Positions 1-8,950 of a stretch of 53,112 nucleotides of DNA are shown piece by piece. The position numbers were made by a program, and so were the translations under genes. Numbering within the stretch: the stretch's first letter is position 1; each line of letters opens with the position of its first letter. Source of the stretch: a virus (taxonomy: Duplodnaviria; Caudoviricetes); the IMG/VR virus record IMGVR_UViG_3300012204_000011, positions 1 to 53,112 of that record; one strand, 5' to 3'. Under the pieces are notes generated by a model that saw only the letters and a program-made list of their open reading frames with translations, was not told the DNA's origin and searched no databases.

Positions 1-1
1 A

Positions 2-25
2 CGGCAGAGCAGGGGAATCGAACCC
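2..25 (-). other. Displaced tRNA 3' fragment, probable prophage att core (selC-like)
   Basis: Minus strand reads GGG-TTCGATT-CCCCT-GCTCTGCC-G (T-loop, 3' T-stem, acceptor strand); no D/anticodon arm upstream; ~1.1 kb downstream of integrase. Confidence 0.65.
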
Positions 26-38
26 GCGCGCAGGCCAC

Positions 39-683
39 CTAAACGGTGCTCGCGGTCGGGGCTGATGCCTGTGATTCCGAGGCCTTGGAGTCCGGCCCCG
101 CTCCCCGCCCGGGATCTGCGGGGCTCTTCGGGGAGGAGGCGGTAGTGACTTTGCCCCCGGTTGACGCTGGGGCCGTTCGGCGAGCGATCCGGTACCGGTG
201 CTGGCTTTTCGGCCCCTCGGCGACGGCCGCGCCCCGACGGACGAGCCGGTGGAGCGCGTTCCCGATCGCGAGCGCGCCGACGCCGGCGAGCTGCGCCCGC
301 ACCTCCGCCACGGCGAGCGGCCGCTCCGCGCGCTCGAGGACGTCGCGAACGTGCGCGAGCGCGGAAGCACCGGGAGGCGCGCCGCCGCCGGGCAGCCGCG
401 GGAGTGTGGCGTCGATCTCGGCGAGGCGAGCCCGGAGTTGCGCCCGCTCCGTCTTGAGGCGGCGGCGGAGCTCGGCGCCCTCGTCCTTCCAGCGCTGGAC
501 GTCGGCGAGCGTCATGTCGTGGCGCACTTGATCCACCGCCATGTCCACGGACCGCCGCCACTCGTCGCGGGTCCCGTACACGCAGTCGGGGTTCGCGCAC
601 GGCAACCGGTTCCCGCTGATCATGTGGGGACGGTGGTTGCCGCACGACTCGCAGGTCTCGGACTTGTTCAGGTCGATCGCCAT
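39..683 (-). CDS. Hypothetical protein with N-terminal Cys cluster, coiled coil and winged-helix-like segment
   Basis: GGAG RBS before ATG 683; CxxC/CxxxxC; VRDVLERAERPLAVAEVRAQL...IGNALHRLVRRG resembles wHTH. Confidence 0.6.
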   Translation of the reverse strand: MAIDLNKSETCESCGNHRPHMISGNRLPCANPDCVYGTRDEWRRSVDMAVDQVRHDMTLADVQRWKDEGAELRRRLKTERAQLRARLAEIDATLPRLPGGGAPPGASALAHVRDVLERAERPLAVAEVRAQLAGVGALAIGNALHRLVRRGAAVAEGPKSQHRYRIARRTAPASTGGKVTTASSPKSPADPGRGAGPDSKASESQASAPTASTV

Positions 684-685
684 CT

Positions 686-988
686 TCAAGCTCCGTCCGA
701 GTAGACGATCGCCCGCCACCGCGGGCAGGTCTTCGCGTGCCGTGGTCCATCGAACCGGCTACCGAGGCGGCACGTGCAGACGGGATCGTCGGGGCGGGGC
801 TCGAGCCCATGCCACATCCGGAGCGCGACGAGGATCCCGCCCGCGTCGTGAGCGAGCCGGCGGAACCCGTCGCGCAGGACGGCCCGGGACGCGTCGTCTC
901 CCGGCAATTGGTCTCCGGGCGTGAGGTCGTGCCCCCAGCGCCTCGCGTGCTCCTTCGCGGCCTCCTCGAGCGCGGTGAGCCAATCCAT
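686..988 (-). CDS. Hypothetical phage protein
   Basis: 100 aa ORF in operon direction, protein-like composition. Confidence 0.6.
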   Translation of the reverse strand: MDWLTALEEAAKEHARRWGHDLTPGDQLPGDDASRAVLRDGFRRLAHDAGGILVALRMWHGLEPRPDDPVCTCRLGSRFDGPRHAKTCPRWRAIVYSDGA

Positions 989-1003
989 GAGCGGCTTCGG
1001 GTG

Positions 1004-1147
1004 TTAGGGCTTGTGACGGCTCTTCCCGAGCGCGGCGGGCTTGCCCCACTGCGTCGGGTGGCACCCGCAGCCCGATTCGCCGCCGTTCGGGTTCGCCTTC
1101 CTGCGCGTGACAGGCGGGTTGCTGCGGCGGGGGTTCGTGCGGCTCAT
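1004..1147 (-). CDS. Small hypothetical protein (47 aa)
   Basis: ATGA overlap with integrase stop and GGAGG RBS; MSRTNPRRSNPP... Confidence 0.4.
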   Translation of the reverse strand: MSRTNPRRSNPPVTRRKANPNGGESGCGCHPTQWGKPAALGKSRHKP

Positions 1148-2364
1148 CCGCTACCTCCTCTTGCAGGGCGCAGGCGCGCGACGGCGCCGCGCGTGTGGAC
1201 CTTCACCGGGATGCACAGCACCGCGTCGCACAGCGCCGGCCACGCGGGCGAGTGGTAGTCGTCGATCTGGTCGCCCGGGGTGTGCGTGATCCAGCGCACC
1301 ATCTCCTTCGAGGCGCCGGCGTCGCCGGAGATCGAGCGAAAGGTCCGGCGCGAGTCGTAGTGCCGGCGCTTCCGCAGGCCGAGCTCCATGAGGTCCTTGT
1401 GGAACTTCTGGAGCGACCAGCCCACGTGCCGGTGCGCGCCCGTCGGCGACGGCGCGATGAGGTCCTCGTCCTTCGGGGGCCGCCCCATGAACCGCTGCCA
1501 CCCGGCGAGCTTCCACGCGGCGAGGAGTTGGGCGAGGGCGGGGTGCACGGGCACGAGGCGCGGCCGCTTCGTCTTCGTCACCTTCTCGGCGCGCGCCCGG
1601 CTGTTGTAGGACCGGGTGATCTTGAGCCGGCCGAGCGGCTTCAGGGCGCGGTCCCATCGCTCCCACCGGAGCGCCGCGGCTTCGCCGGAGCGGGTCCCCG
1701 TCAGGAACTCGATCGCGTACAGGACGCGGCGGTCCTCGGGGATGCGCAGGTCCGAGATGAGCTGCTCGACCTCGGCGGCCGTGAAGACCGCGTCGGCGCG
1801 CCAGATCGCGTCCTTGTCCTGCTTCTTCGGGAGTTCGTCCTTGTCGAGGTCGACGGGGTTCGCCTCGAGCAGCTCCGCGCGCACCGCGGCGCGGAACACC
1901 TGGCGCAGCGTGCGGTACACGTGGAGCACGGTGCGCGGCGCGAGCCGCTCGGGCTCCTCGCCCTTCCGGCGTGGCACCCGGGCCTTCTCCTGCACCGCCG
2001 CCATGAGCGCGCGCACGTGCGAGCGGCGGACCTCGATGAGCGGCGTCTCGCCGATCATGGGGTAGACGTGGAGCCGGAGGCGGAACTCCTCGTGGCGGAC
2101 GGCGTCGATCCCGGCGGCGCGCCGCTTCTCGAGCCAACGCTCGCCCCAGACGCGGACGGTGAGCGGGCCGCCGCCCGGCCCGGCGGCGCGGCGCTGCGCC
2201 TCGAGCTGCTCGCGAACGTGGACGAGGAGCGCGGCTGCCTTCTCGCGGTCGCCCTCGACGTGGACGTAGAAGGGAGTCGGTCGGCCGAGCCAGCGCCCGG
2301 AGAGATCCTTGAACCGGATCCACCACTTCCGGCCCTTCGGGTAGACGGAGCCTTCCCACTGCAT
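1144..2364 (-). CDS. int: Tyrosine recombinase / phage integrase
   Basis: TGTRSGE (Arg I), KTK, YDSRRTF (Arg II), ITH and DDY (Tyr); N-terminal arm-binding-like strand region. Confidence 0.92.
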   Translation of the reverse strand: MQWEGSVYPKGRKWWIRFKDLSGRWLGRPTPFYVHVEGDREKAAALLVHVREQLEAQRRAAGPGGGPLTVRVWGERWLEKRRAAGIDAVRHEEFRLRLHVYPMIGETPLIEVRRSHVRALMAAVQEKARVPRRKGEEPERLAPRTVLHVYRTLRQVFRAAVRAELLEANPVDLDKDELPKKQDKDAIWRADAVFTAAEVEQLISDLRIPEDRRVLYAIEFLTGTRSGEAAALRWERWDRALKPLGRLKITRSYNSRARAEKVTKTKRPRLVPVHPALAQLLAAWKLAGWQRFMGRPPKDEDLIAPSPTGAHRHVGWSLQKFHKDLMELGLRKRRHYDSRRTFRSISGDAGASKEMVRWITHTPGDQIDDYHSPAWPALCDAVLCIPVKVHTRGAVARLRPARGGSG

Positions 2365-2367
2365 CGG

Positions 2368-2754
2368 TCATCCTCCCCGGCGAGCGCCGCGCAGGATCTT
2401 GCCCGCTTCGACTGCGAGGTCAACGGGTCCCCGCGCCGGGGAGGGGCGGCGAGCGCTCGGGTTCGCGAGGAACGCCATCAGGTCCGCGCGCAGGATCCGG
2501 TGCTCACGGACCCCGGGCGGCCGCCGCGCGGAGAGCCCGCGGCGCTTGATCCAGTCCCGGACCGTGTCCGGCTCGACCCCCGCGATTCGGGCGGCCTCGG
2601 CGGTGTCGAGCTCGTCCGGCGGCGCCCCCGTCGCCACGCGCAACTCGTCGAGGAGCGCGCGGAGTTCCTCGCGGATCATCGGGCGTAGGCGCTCCTCGAG
2701 CACCGCGGCGACGATCTGGTCGAGGCTCGGTGCGGTCGCCGCCATCGGGATCAC
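2368..2754 (-). CDS. Excisionase-like HTH DNA-binding protein
   Basis: LDTAEAARIAGVEPDTVRDWIKRRGL...HRILRADL (HTH_17-like); adjacent to int. Confidence 0.8.
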   Translation of the reverse strand: MIPMAATAPSLDQIVAAVLEERLRPMIREELRALLDELRVATGAPPDELDTAEAARIAGVEPDTVRDWIKRRGLSARRPPGVREHRILRADLMAFLANPSARRPSPARGPVDLAVEAGKILRGARRGG

Positions 2755-2996
2755 CGGCTCGGACCGAGGGGGATGACCGCGGCGCTCGGCCGCGCGGGGT
2801 CGCGCAGCGCGCGGATCTCGGACGGCACGAACCGCAGGAGGCCCGCCTTGCGCGTGCTCGGGATCCGCTCGTCGGCGGCGGCTCGGTATACCCAGGTCCT
2901 TTTCACCTTCAGGTACCGGGCGACGTCCGCCGCGGTCCAGAGGTCGTCCTCTTCTTCGGGAGGAGCAGGCGGCGGAGGCTGCTTCGTGGAGGCCAT
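2751..2996 (-). CDS. Second excisionase-like HTH protein
   Basis: WTAADVARYLKVKRTWVYRAAADERIPSTRKAGLLRF (HTH_17-like). Confidence 0.8.
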   Translation of the reverse strand: MASTKQPPPPAPPEEEDDLWTAADVARYLKVKRTWVYRAAADERIPSTRKAGLLRFVPSEIRALRDPARPSAAVIPLGPSR

Positions 2997-2998
2997 GG

Positions 2999-4828
2999 TC
3001 AGTTCAGCTCCTCGCTGGCGCGAAGCTCGCCGCGGCCCTCGACGAGCTCGAGCGCGCGCAGCCTGCCGAGGTACGTAGAGAAGGTTCCCGAGGCGTGGGA
3101 GATCCGCGCCCTCTCCCCGAGCTGCTCGTTCGTCAGCCCCGCCGGGTAGACGTCGACGAGCGCCTGGAGCATCCGCGCAGCCCCGCCGCCGATCTCGCGG
3201 ATCCAGTAGTCGGCGAGGGCGCGGCCCTCCGGGAGCAGGTCGTAGGCGCCGAGCGCGACGATCCCCGCATCGGTGATCTTCAGGTGGCCGCGGCCATCGA
3301 TCCAGCCCTGCGACCGCGCGCGGCCGAGGTACGTGCTGAACGTCCCCGACCTCGAGGAGACGCCGGCCCGGACGCCGAGCTGCTGGTTCGTGAGGCCCTG
3401 CGGCCGCTGCGCGAGGGCGATGAGCATCCGGCGGAGGCCGCTGTTCCCGACCGAGACCTCGCCGCCCGGCTCGCCGGCGGCGGCGCGCGCCGTGGCGGGA
3501 GGCGCGATCGGGCGGCGCGCGGGCAGGATCGGCGCCGCGGGGCGCGGCACGGCGGGAGATGGGGTTGCGCGGGCCGCCGACTGGAACGACAGAACGCGAC
3601 CGGCAAGCGCCCCCATCTCCGTGACGAGCGCACCGTGGGCCGCCCCTAGCTTCTCGGCGGTTGCGCTGACCCGCTCGAAGAGCGCCTCGAGCCGCTTCAC
3701 CTGCGCGTCCTTCAGGACCGGCACCTCGACGCGCTTCTCCTTCGCCGGCTTCGACGGGCGCTGCTCGACGTCCTGCGCGAGGCGCTGGTACTCGGCGGCC
3801 TGCTTCTGCGCGCCGGAGAGGCTGCGCTCGAGCTCCGCGATCCGCCGGCGGAGGAGGGTGGGGTCGGCGGCCTTCACGCGCTCGACGGTGGCGGCCATCT
3901 GCCGGCGGAGCGCCTCCAGGTCGACGTCGGCCCGCTCCTTCGGCTCGACCCGCTTCTGCCCGGGCTCGGGCGTCGCGCCCGAGTCGAAGGTTTCGATCGG
4001 GTCGACGTGGACGCGCTGGAAGATCCCCTCGTCCGTCGGCCAGCCCGGAGACCACACCCAGGCGTCGCCGCGGGGTAGCGACGGGAGGGACTCCATCAGC
4101 GTCGCGCGCTGCTCGGGCGTGCCGTGGACCTCGATCCACGCGTCCATCGCGGCGAGATCCTGCGGCGCGATCGTCCGCATGGCGATCATCACCTGGGCCT
4201 GCGTCAGCACGTTCTTGTTCAGGACGGCCGAGCGCTGGGTGACGAGGGTGCAGCCGATCCCGCGCTGCCGGCCGCGGCGCACGATGTCCTCGATCGCGCC
4301 GAGCATCCGCTCTTCGCCGCGCTGGGGCTTCTGCGGGGCGACGGCGTCCGCCTCGTCGACGAAGAGCATCACCGGGGTCCGGTACTGCTCGCGCGCCTTG
4401 AGCCGGTAGAAGTTCTCGAGGAACGCCGTCATAAACGTCGCGACCTCGTGCTTCCGAAAGAGCGAGAGGTCGAGGACGACGCTCACGCGCTCCTCGACGA
4501 CGAGCTTCGCCACGAGCTCGCCGGAGCCGGGCTCGAGCGGGAGGTCCCCGTGCTCGCCGCCGAGGATGAGGCAGCCGATCCCGGGGCCCTTGCCATCCGC
4601 GGAGGATCGCACGCCCCAGTGGTCGCCCTTCGGGTCGACGTCGACGACCTGCATGCCGGCCTTGAACAGGCGCTCGAGGAGCAGGCGCAACGTGAACGTC
4701 TTCCCGGAGCCCTTCCGGGCCAAGATGGCGAGCGTCTGGGTGACGACGTCGAGCGGCAGCGCCAGCTCCTTCGCGATGCGGAGCATCTTCACGTTCTTCT
4801 CCTGGTGGACGACGGCGACCGATCGCAT
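2999..4828 (-). CDS. HerA/FtsK-like (DUF87) ATPase with C-terminal winged-helix repeats
   Basis: Walker A ARKGSGKT, Walker B LFVDEAD, RRGRQRGIG...TQR; two C-terminal GLTNxQLG..SGTFSTYLGR repeats; alternative start 4786. Confidence 0.85.
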   Translation of the reverse strand: MRSVAVVHQEKNVKMLRIAKELALPLDVVTQTLAILARKGSGKTFTLRLLLERLFKAGMQVVDVDPKGDHWGVRSSADGKGPGIGCLILGGEHGDLPLEPGSGELVAKLVVEERVSVVLDLSLFRKHEVATFMTAFLENFYRLKAREQYRTPVMLFVDEADAVAPQKPQRGEERMLGAIEDIVRRGRQRGIGCTLVTQRSAVLNKNVLTQAQVMIAMRTIAPQDLAAMDAWIEVHGTPEQRATLMESLPSLPRGDAWVWSPGWPTDEGIFQRVHVDPIETFDSGATPEPGQKRVEPKERADVDLEALRRQMAATVERVKAADPTLLRRRIAELERSLSGAQKQAAEYQRLAQDVEQRPSKPAKEKRVEVPVLKDAQVKRLEALFERVSATAEKLGAAHGALVTEMGALAGRVLSFQSAARATPSPAVPRPAAPILPARRPIAPPATARAAAGEPGGEVSVGNSGLRRMLIALAQRPQGLTNQQLGVRAGVSSRSGTFSTYLGRARSQGWIDGRGHLKITDAGIVALGAYDLLPEGRALADYWIREIGGGAARMLQALVDVYPAGLTNEQLGERARISHASGTFSTYLGRLRALELVEGRGELRASEELN

Positions 4829-4829
4829 T

Positions 4830-5222
4830 TCAGATCCCCTCGCCGTCGATGCCGACGGCCTGTGCGCGCTCGCGCGCGGCGGTGTCGCGGAGCTCCTGCT
4901 CCAGCGCGAGCCAGAACGGCTCTCCCTGCTCGAACCCCGTGAGGTTCGTCGCGCTCTTCCAGACCAGGTCCGCCCAGCCGTAGCCGACGTGCGTCCCGTA
5001 GCACCGCCCGCCGGCGACGTACTCGCATGCGCGCGACGCTTCGGGGCGTGCGACTGCGCGATGGAAGGAGACCGCCTTCGGCCCGAGCTCCTCCGCCTGA
5101 CCCTGGCGGTTGCGGTAGGCCGGGACCTCAAGAGAGAGCGCGACGTCGCCGTCCTTCACGACGAAGTTCCACTCCTCGTCGAGGCTGTTCTTGCGCGGCA
5201 CCTTGAACGTGATCCGTTCCAT
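4830..5222 (-). CDS. Hypothetical protein
   Basis: 130 aa, tightly packed in operon. Confidence 0.65.
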   Translation of the reverse strand: MERITFKVPRKNSLDEEWNFVVKDGDVALSLEVPAYRNRQGQAEELGPKAVSFHRAVARPEASRACEYVAGGRCYGTHVGYGWADLVWKSATNLTGFEQGEPFWLALEQELRDTAARERAQAVGIDGEGI

Positions 5223-5474
5223 CTAGGCGTCTCCCTCGACCTGCGTCGGCCGCGGCGCGCCGTCGGGGGGAGGCCGGGCCGCGTCCTCGACGTCCCACTC
5301 GATCCGCAGGCGCACGGTTCGCGCGCGCCGGATCGTCTCCATCTCCTCGAGCGAGAGGAGGTGCTTGAACGCGACCGTGCCGACGGCTCCGAGCTGCCGC
5401 AGCACGAGGCCGCGCCCGTCCTCCACCGCGGGCCGCATCACCTCGGCCCTGTACCGCGTGCGCTTCGAGCTCAC
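5223..5474 (-). CDS. Hypothetical protein
   Basis: GTGA overlap with upstream stop. Confidence 0.55.
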   Translation of the reverse strand: MSSKRTRYRAEVMRPAVEDGRGLVLRQLGAVGTVAFKHLLSLEEMETIRRARTVRLRIEWDVEDAARPPPDGAPRPTQVEGDA

Positions 5475-6157
5475 GGGAGCACGCCCTCCCCCCGGCCGCC
5501 GAAGTCCTCGCCGGGGGCGCAGAAGTCGGCGCCGTACACGGCCTCGCAGACCCGCTCGCACTTCTTCAGATCGAAGCGGTCGTCGGTTCGGACGCCGCTC
5601 TCCATGTCGATCCAGTAGGGCCCGGTCGCGCCGACCGCGGCGAGGACGTCGCGGACGTTCTCGGGCCCGAGGCCACCCGCGTAGCCGACAAGGCGGCCGC
5701 CTCCGGGATGGCGCGGCCACGACGCGGGCGCGAGCCCAGCGCCGCCGGATCGGTCGAACAGCCAGCCGATCTCGTCATCGTCGGGGAACCTATCGCCTCG
5801 CGCCTGCGCGACGCACGGCAGGCGCATGTGGGCCTGCGCGGCGGCGATCCGGCGAACGAGCGGCTGGGCGTGGTTCACCTGAAGGCGCGCGAACCCGTCG
5901 AAGATGTCGCGCGGAACTCGGTCGAAGACCTCGCCGGCCATGATGTCGCGGCTGAACCCGCCGCAGAGGTGGGCGGCGAGGCGCAGGCCGCGATGGACGA
6001 ACCGCTCCGTGTGGCGCGGATACCGCGGCACGCCATAGCGCGAGAGGCTGTGGAGGATTCCCCACTCGATCGGGTAGCGCGCAGTGAGCGCGACCATCGC
6101 GTCGACGTCCGTCTGGTCGTCGGCGCCGGTGAACGTGATGAACTCGGGCAGTCTCAT
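5471..6157 (-). CDS. Phosphoribosylanthranilate isomerase (TrpF)-like TIM-barrel protein
   Basis: LFDRSGGAG, GYAGGLGPENV, WIDMESGVRTDDRFDLKK match PRAI-like phosphate-binding motifs. Confidence 0.75.
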   Translation of the reverse strand: MRLPEFITFTGADDQTDVDAMVALTARYPIEWGILHSLSRYGVPRYPRHTERFVHRGLRLAAHLCGGFSRDIMAGEVFDRVPRDIFDGFARLQVNHAQPLVRRIAAAQAHMRLPCVAQARGDRFPDDDEIGWLFDRSGGAGLAPASWPRHPGGGRLVGYAGGLGPENVRDVLAAVGATGPYWIDMESGVRTDDRFDLKKCERVCEAVYGADFCAPGEDFGGRGEGVLP

Positions 6158-6361
6158 CTAGACGAGCTCCTTCTGCGTGGCGATCCACTCCGTGACGAGC
6201 ATCGTTCCCGGGCTCGACTTGAGGCTGTAGACCTCGGAGTCCTCGTCGATCTGGGACTTCGGGATCCACGCCTCCTTGCCGTCGTCGGTCCGGATCCGGA
6301 GCGCGGCGGCGGTCTCGGCGAGGACGGAGACCTCGAGCTCGACCATGCCCTCACGCGGCAT
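6158..6361 (-). CDS. Small conserved phage protein
   Basis: ETAAALRI...EAWIPKSQI...VTEWIATQKEL pattern typical of small phage beta proteins. Confidence 0.7.
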   Translation of the reverse strand: MPREGMVELEVSVLAETAAALRIRTDDGKEAWIPKSQIDEDSEVYSLKSSPGTMLVTEWIATQKELV

Positions 6362-6869
6362 CGCGGACCTCCCGCTCGCGGACGAGCTCGGCGATCTCGT
6401 CGGGCACCTTCCAGAAGCCGAGCGCCCCCCTGCAGGGGACCGTCTCCGAGAGGCTCCGGACGTCGGCGAGAAGCCAGGCCCACGGGCCGAAGGTCCACGG
6501 CGAGGCGAGGATCTCGAACTGCTGCCGGAGGTCGAGGTCGCCGACCTGGCACCCGGGGAGTCCATCGACGCTGACCTGGCGTTCGGGCATCTCCGTGACG
6601 CGAACGGGGAGCGCTCCGACGAGCCGCGCCGTGCCGACGATCGCGCTACGCTCGGGCTGGTTCGTCATCACCACCTGGAGCGCGCCGAGCACGCCGTGGA
6701 CGAACGGCACCGCGTCGCGGTCCCAGCCAGCGCTCGCGTGCAGCGCGAACCGCTTGCCGAGCATCCTCGCCGGCGGCTTCCAGCTCCGGTTCTCGACGGT
6801 CTTGTGCCCGTGCTCGATGCACCAGAGCCACGGCTGGAGGAAGGAGAGGGCGAGGAGCTGGTCAGACAC
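6351..6869 (-). CDS. ASCH domain protein
   Basis: ALSFLQPWLWCIEHGHKTVENRSW (GxKxxExR), IHAS-like LHAS, CRGALGFW. Confidence 0.85.
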   Translation of the reverse strand: MSDQLLALSFLQPWLWCIEHGHKTVENRSWKPPARMLGKRFALHASAGWDRDAVPFVHGVLGALQVVMTNQPERSAIVGTARLVGALPVRVTEMPERQVSVDGLPGCQVGDLDLRQQFEILASPWTFGPWAWLLADVRSLSETVPCRGALGFWKVPDEIAELVREREVRDAA

Positions 6870-6920
6870 GGGGGCCTCCTGCGGTGGACGTCTCGGAGGC
6901 CGGCGCGTCCTCGCGAGCGA

Positions 6921-7727
6921 TCATCGTGAGGGTGATCTGCATCGGGACGTACAGGTTCCGCGCCGCGTCGCTCGCCACGCCGCCGCAGCGGGCTTCTCGT
7001 GGATCGCGTCCGCCCAGGCCTGCGCGGCGCGGACGAACGCGAACGCCTGGGTCCGGAGCTCCCGCCGCGCGTCGTCGAGAACCTTCGGCCGGTCGGCGTC
7101 GAGGGTCTCGACCTTCGCGAGCGCGCGCGCCGCGCGCCGGAGCTGTGCGTCGTCGGGCGCCTTCGCGTCGTGCGCCTCGTCGCGCGGGCGGAGAAAAGGG
7201 ATGGGCGGGTTCTCGCGGTGCCGGCGCACGACGAGGAGCAGCTCGGAGACGTTCACGCGCGCGGCGGCCGGGGCCTGCCCCTGCTCGTGCGCCGCCTTCA
7301 GGAACACCTCGAGCAGCTCGTCCACGCCGCGCAGCGCCCCGCGCCAGCCGTACTCGGCCGCGACGAGGTCGGCCTCTTCGCGCTCCTTCTTGACCCGCGA
7401 GACGTCGACTTGGGCGGTCGCGAGCGCGGCCTCGGCCGCCTCGGCGCGCTTCGACATCACGCCCCAGCGGATCTCCCAGCCGCGGCGCAACTCCGCCTCC
7501 CGCTGCAGATCGCCGTCCGCCTTCGCGAGCGCGATGCGCGCGCGGTCGAGCTCCTGCTCGAGCTGCGCCATCCGGTCGGCGCGGGGCGTCGACGGCGGCT
7601 CCCGGTAGTCGCGGAGCGCGTCCGCGGCCGGCGAGCGGGAGTCGATCACCTTCCGGCGAACGAGCACCGCCACCTCGTCGGCGAGCGCATCGGCGCAGAC
7701 CTTGTCGAGCGGCGAGAGCGCGGTCAT
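6921..7727 (-). CDS. Hypothetical coiled-coil protein
   Basis: 268 aa; 3' end uncertain (possible frameshift near 6990). Confidence 0.6.
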   Translation of the reverse strand: MTALSPLDKVCADALADEVAVLVRRKVIDSRSPAADALRDYREPPSTPRADRMAQLEQELDRARIALAKADGDLQREAELRRGWEIRWGVMSKRAEAAEAALATAQVDVSRVKKEREEADLVAAEYGWRGALRGVDELLEVFLKAAHEQGQAPAAARVNVSELLLVVRRHRENPPIPFLRPRDEAHDAKAPDDAQLRRAARALAKVETLDADRPKVLDDARRELRTQAFAFVRAAQAWADAIHEKPAAAAWRATRRGTCTSRCRSPSR

Positions 7728-8017
7728 CGGGACACCTTCAGGTGCGAGAACGTGTGGGCGCGCGCGGGCGGATCGCCTTTCGCGACGCGTGCCAAGTCCT
7801 GCATGTCCACATGGTGCTGGACGATCGCGAGCACGTCCTCGAGCCGGTACGCCTTATCAGTGTCGCGGCTGCGCTCCTGCCGGCGGGCTTCCTCCTCCGT
7901 GAAGATCGCGGCCACGCGTAGGTCGCAGGTGTAGCCCGCGCCATCCCAGCACCAGAAGAACACCGAGTTGCCGCAGGTCGTGCGGCTGTCCACGATCACG
8001 TAGCGGTCGGTCTTCAC
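7724..8017 (-). CDS. Hypothetical protein
   Basis: FWCWDGAGYTCDLRVAAIFTEEEA, common phage motif; overlapped stops/starts. Confidence 0.7.
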   Translation of the reverse strand: MKTDRYVIVDSRTTCGNSVFFWCWDGAGYTCDLRVAAIFTEEEARRQERSRDTDKAYRLEDVLAIVQHHVDMQDLARVAKGDPPARAHTFSHLKVSR

Positions 8018-8463
8018 GGCGTCGGCCCTCCCCTCGTCGCGTCGGGGTCCGAGGCCAGGGCGGCGCGGAGGGCGTCCTCTACGAGTCCTGCGCAGATGGC
8101 GAGCGCGAGGGCGTAGCCCTCGGATCGGCCAGCAACGAACGGGACATCCGGCTCCGCGTTGCGGCGGATCCGGGCCGCCGCTCGCCAGTCCTTGACGTGT
8201 GCCCCGAGCGCCTCCCGCAGCGCCTTCTCCCTCGCTTCCGAGGAGGAGAGGGCGGACTCGGCGGCTTCGGCGCGTTCACGTTGCGCTCGCGCGGAGTAGT
8301 TCGCGGCCGCTCGCCCGAGGCTCGGTCCGGGTGTCCCGCGTTCCGCGAGTGCCGACTCCGCAGCCTGAACGCGGCGGTTCAGGCGCACGTTCGTCTCGCG
8401 GGCTCGCGCCAGCTCCGCCTCCACCTCGCGGAGCCTCGTCGCGTACTCAGTGCCGCCGCTCAT
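8014..8463 (-). CDS. Hypothetical coiled-coil protein
   Basis: Coupled ORF. Confidence 0.6.
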   Translation of the reverse strand: MSGGTEYATRLREVEAELARARETNVRLNRRVQAAESALAERGTPGPSLGRAAANYSARAQRERAEAAESALSSSEAREKALREALGAHVKDWRAAARIRRNAEPDVPFVAGRSEGYALALAICAGLVEDALRAALASDPDATRGGPTP

Positions 8464-8654
8464 GCTCCCTCTCTCTCGCCCTTCGCGGGCGCGTCGATGC
8501 CGTCGTACCGCGGGTCAGCCAGAAGCTCGCGCAGGTCCGAGGCGCACTTCGCCAGCAGCCGCTGCTTGGTCACGCGCGCGAGTTGCGCCGTGCTCAGGTA
8601 GGACCGCCGCTCGAATTCCGCGGAGAGAGCCGCGATCTCGTCGCGCAGCGTCAC
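8460..8654 (-). CDS. Hypothetical protein
   Basis: GTGA-coupled ORF. Confidence 0.5.
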   Translation of the reverse strand: MTLRDEIAALSAEFERRSYLSTAQLARVTKQRLLAKCASDLRELLADPRYDGIDAPAKGEREGA

Positions 8655-8950
8655 GGCTTCGCTCCCGGGGTCGCGCCGTCGCCGCTCTGCGCTGAGGGCA
8701 TGAACCTGCGGCGCCACGCGGCCTCGCGGGCCTTCTCCTTTTCGATCCCGACGTGGACGCGGGTTGCGGCGGCGATCTCCTCGGGGCCGTCTGGAGCGGC
8801 CCGCGCTATGCGATCCGCGACGGCCTTGGCGAGCGCCCGCTCGTAGTAGACCAGCGATCCATGTGGAGCCCCGGCCCCGAGCGCGGCCCGATAGCGAGCC
8901 GCCGCGATCCGCATCGCCTTAGTGACCGTGACGGTCGGGTGCGCTCTCAC
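8651..8950 (-). CDS. Hypothetical protein
   Basis: GTGA-coupled ORF with GGAGG RBS. Confidence 0.55.
   Translation of the reverse strand: MRAHPTVTVTKAMRIAAARYRAALGAGAPHGSLVYYERALAKAVADRIARAAPDGPEEIAAATRVHVGIEKEKAREAAWRRRFMPSAQSGDGATPGAKP

Noticed and set aside
1-95. Complete tRNA gene at left edge
   Set aside because: Only T-loop and acceptor 3' strand are present; upstream sequence is coding and cannot form D or anticodon arms
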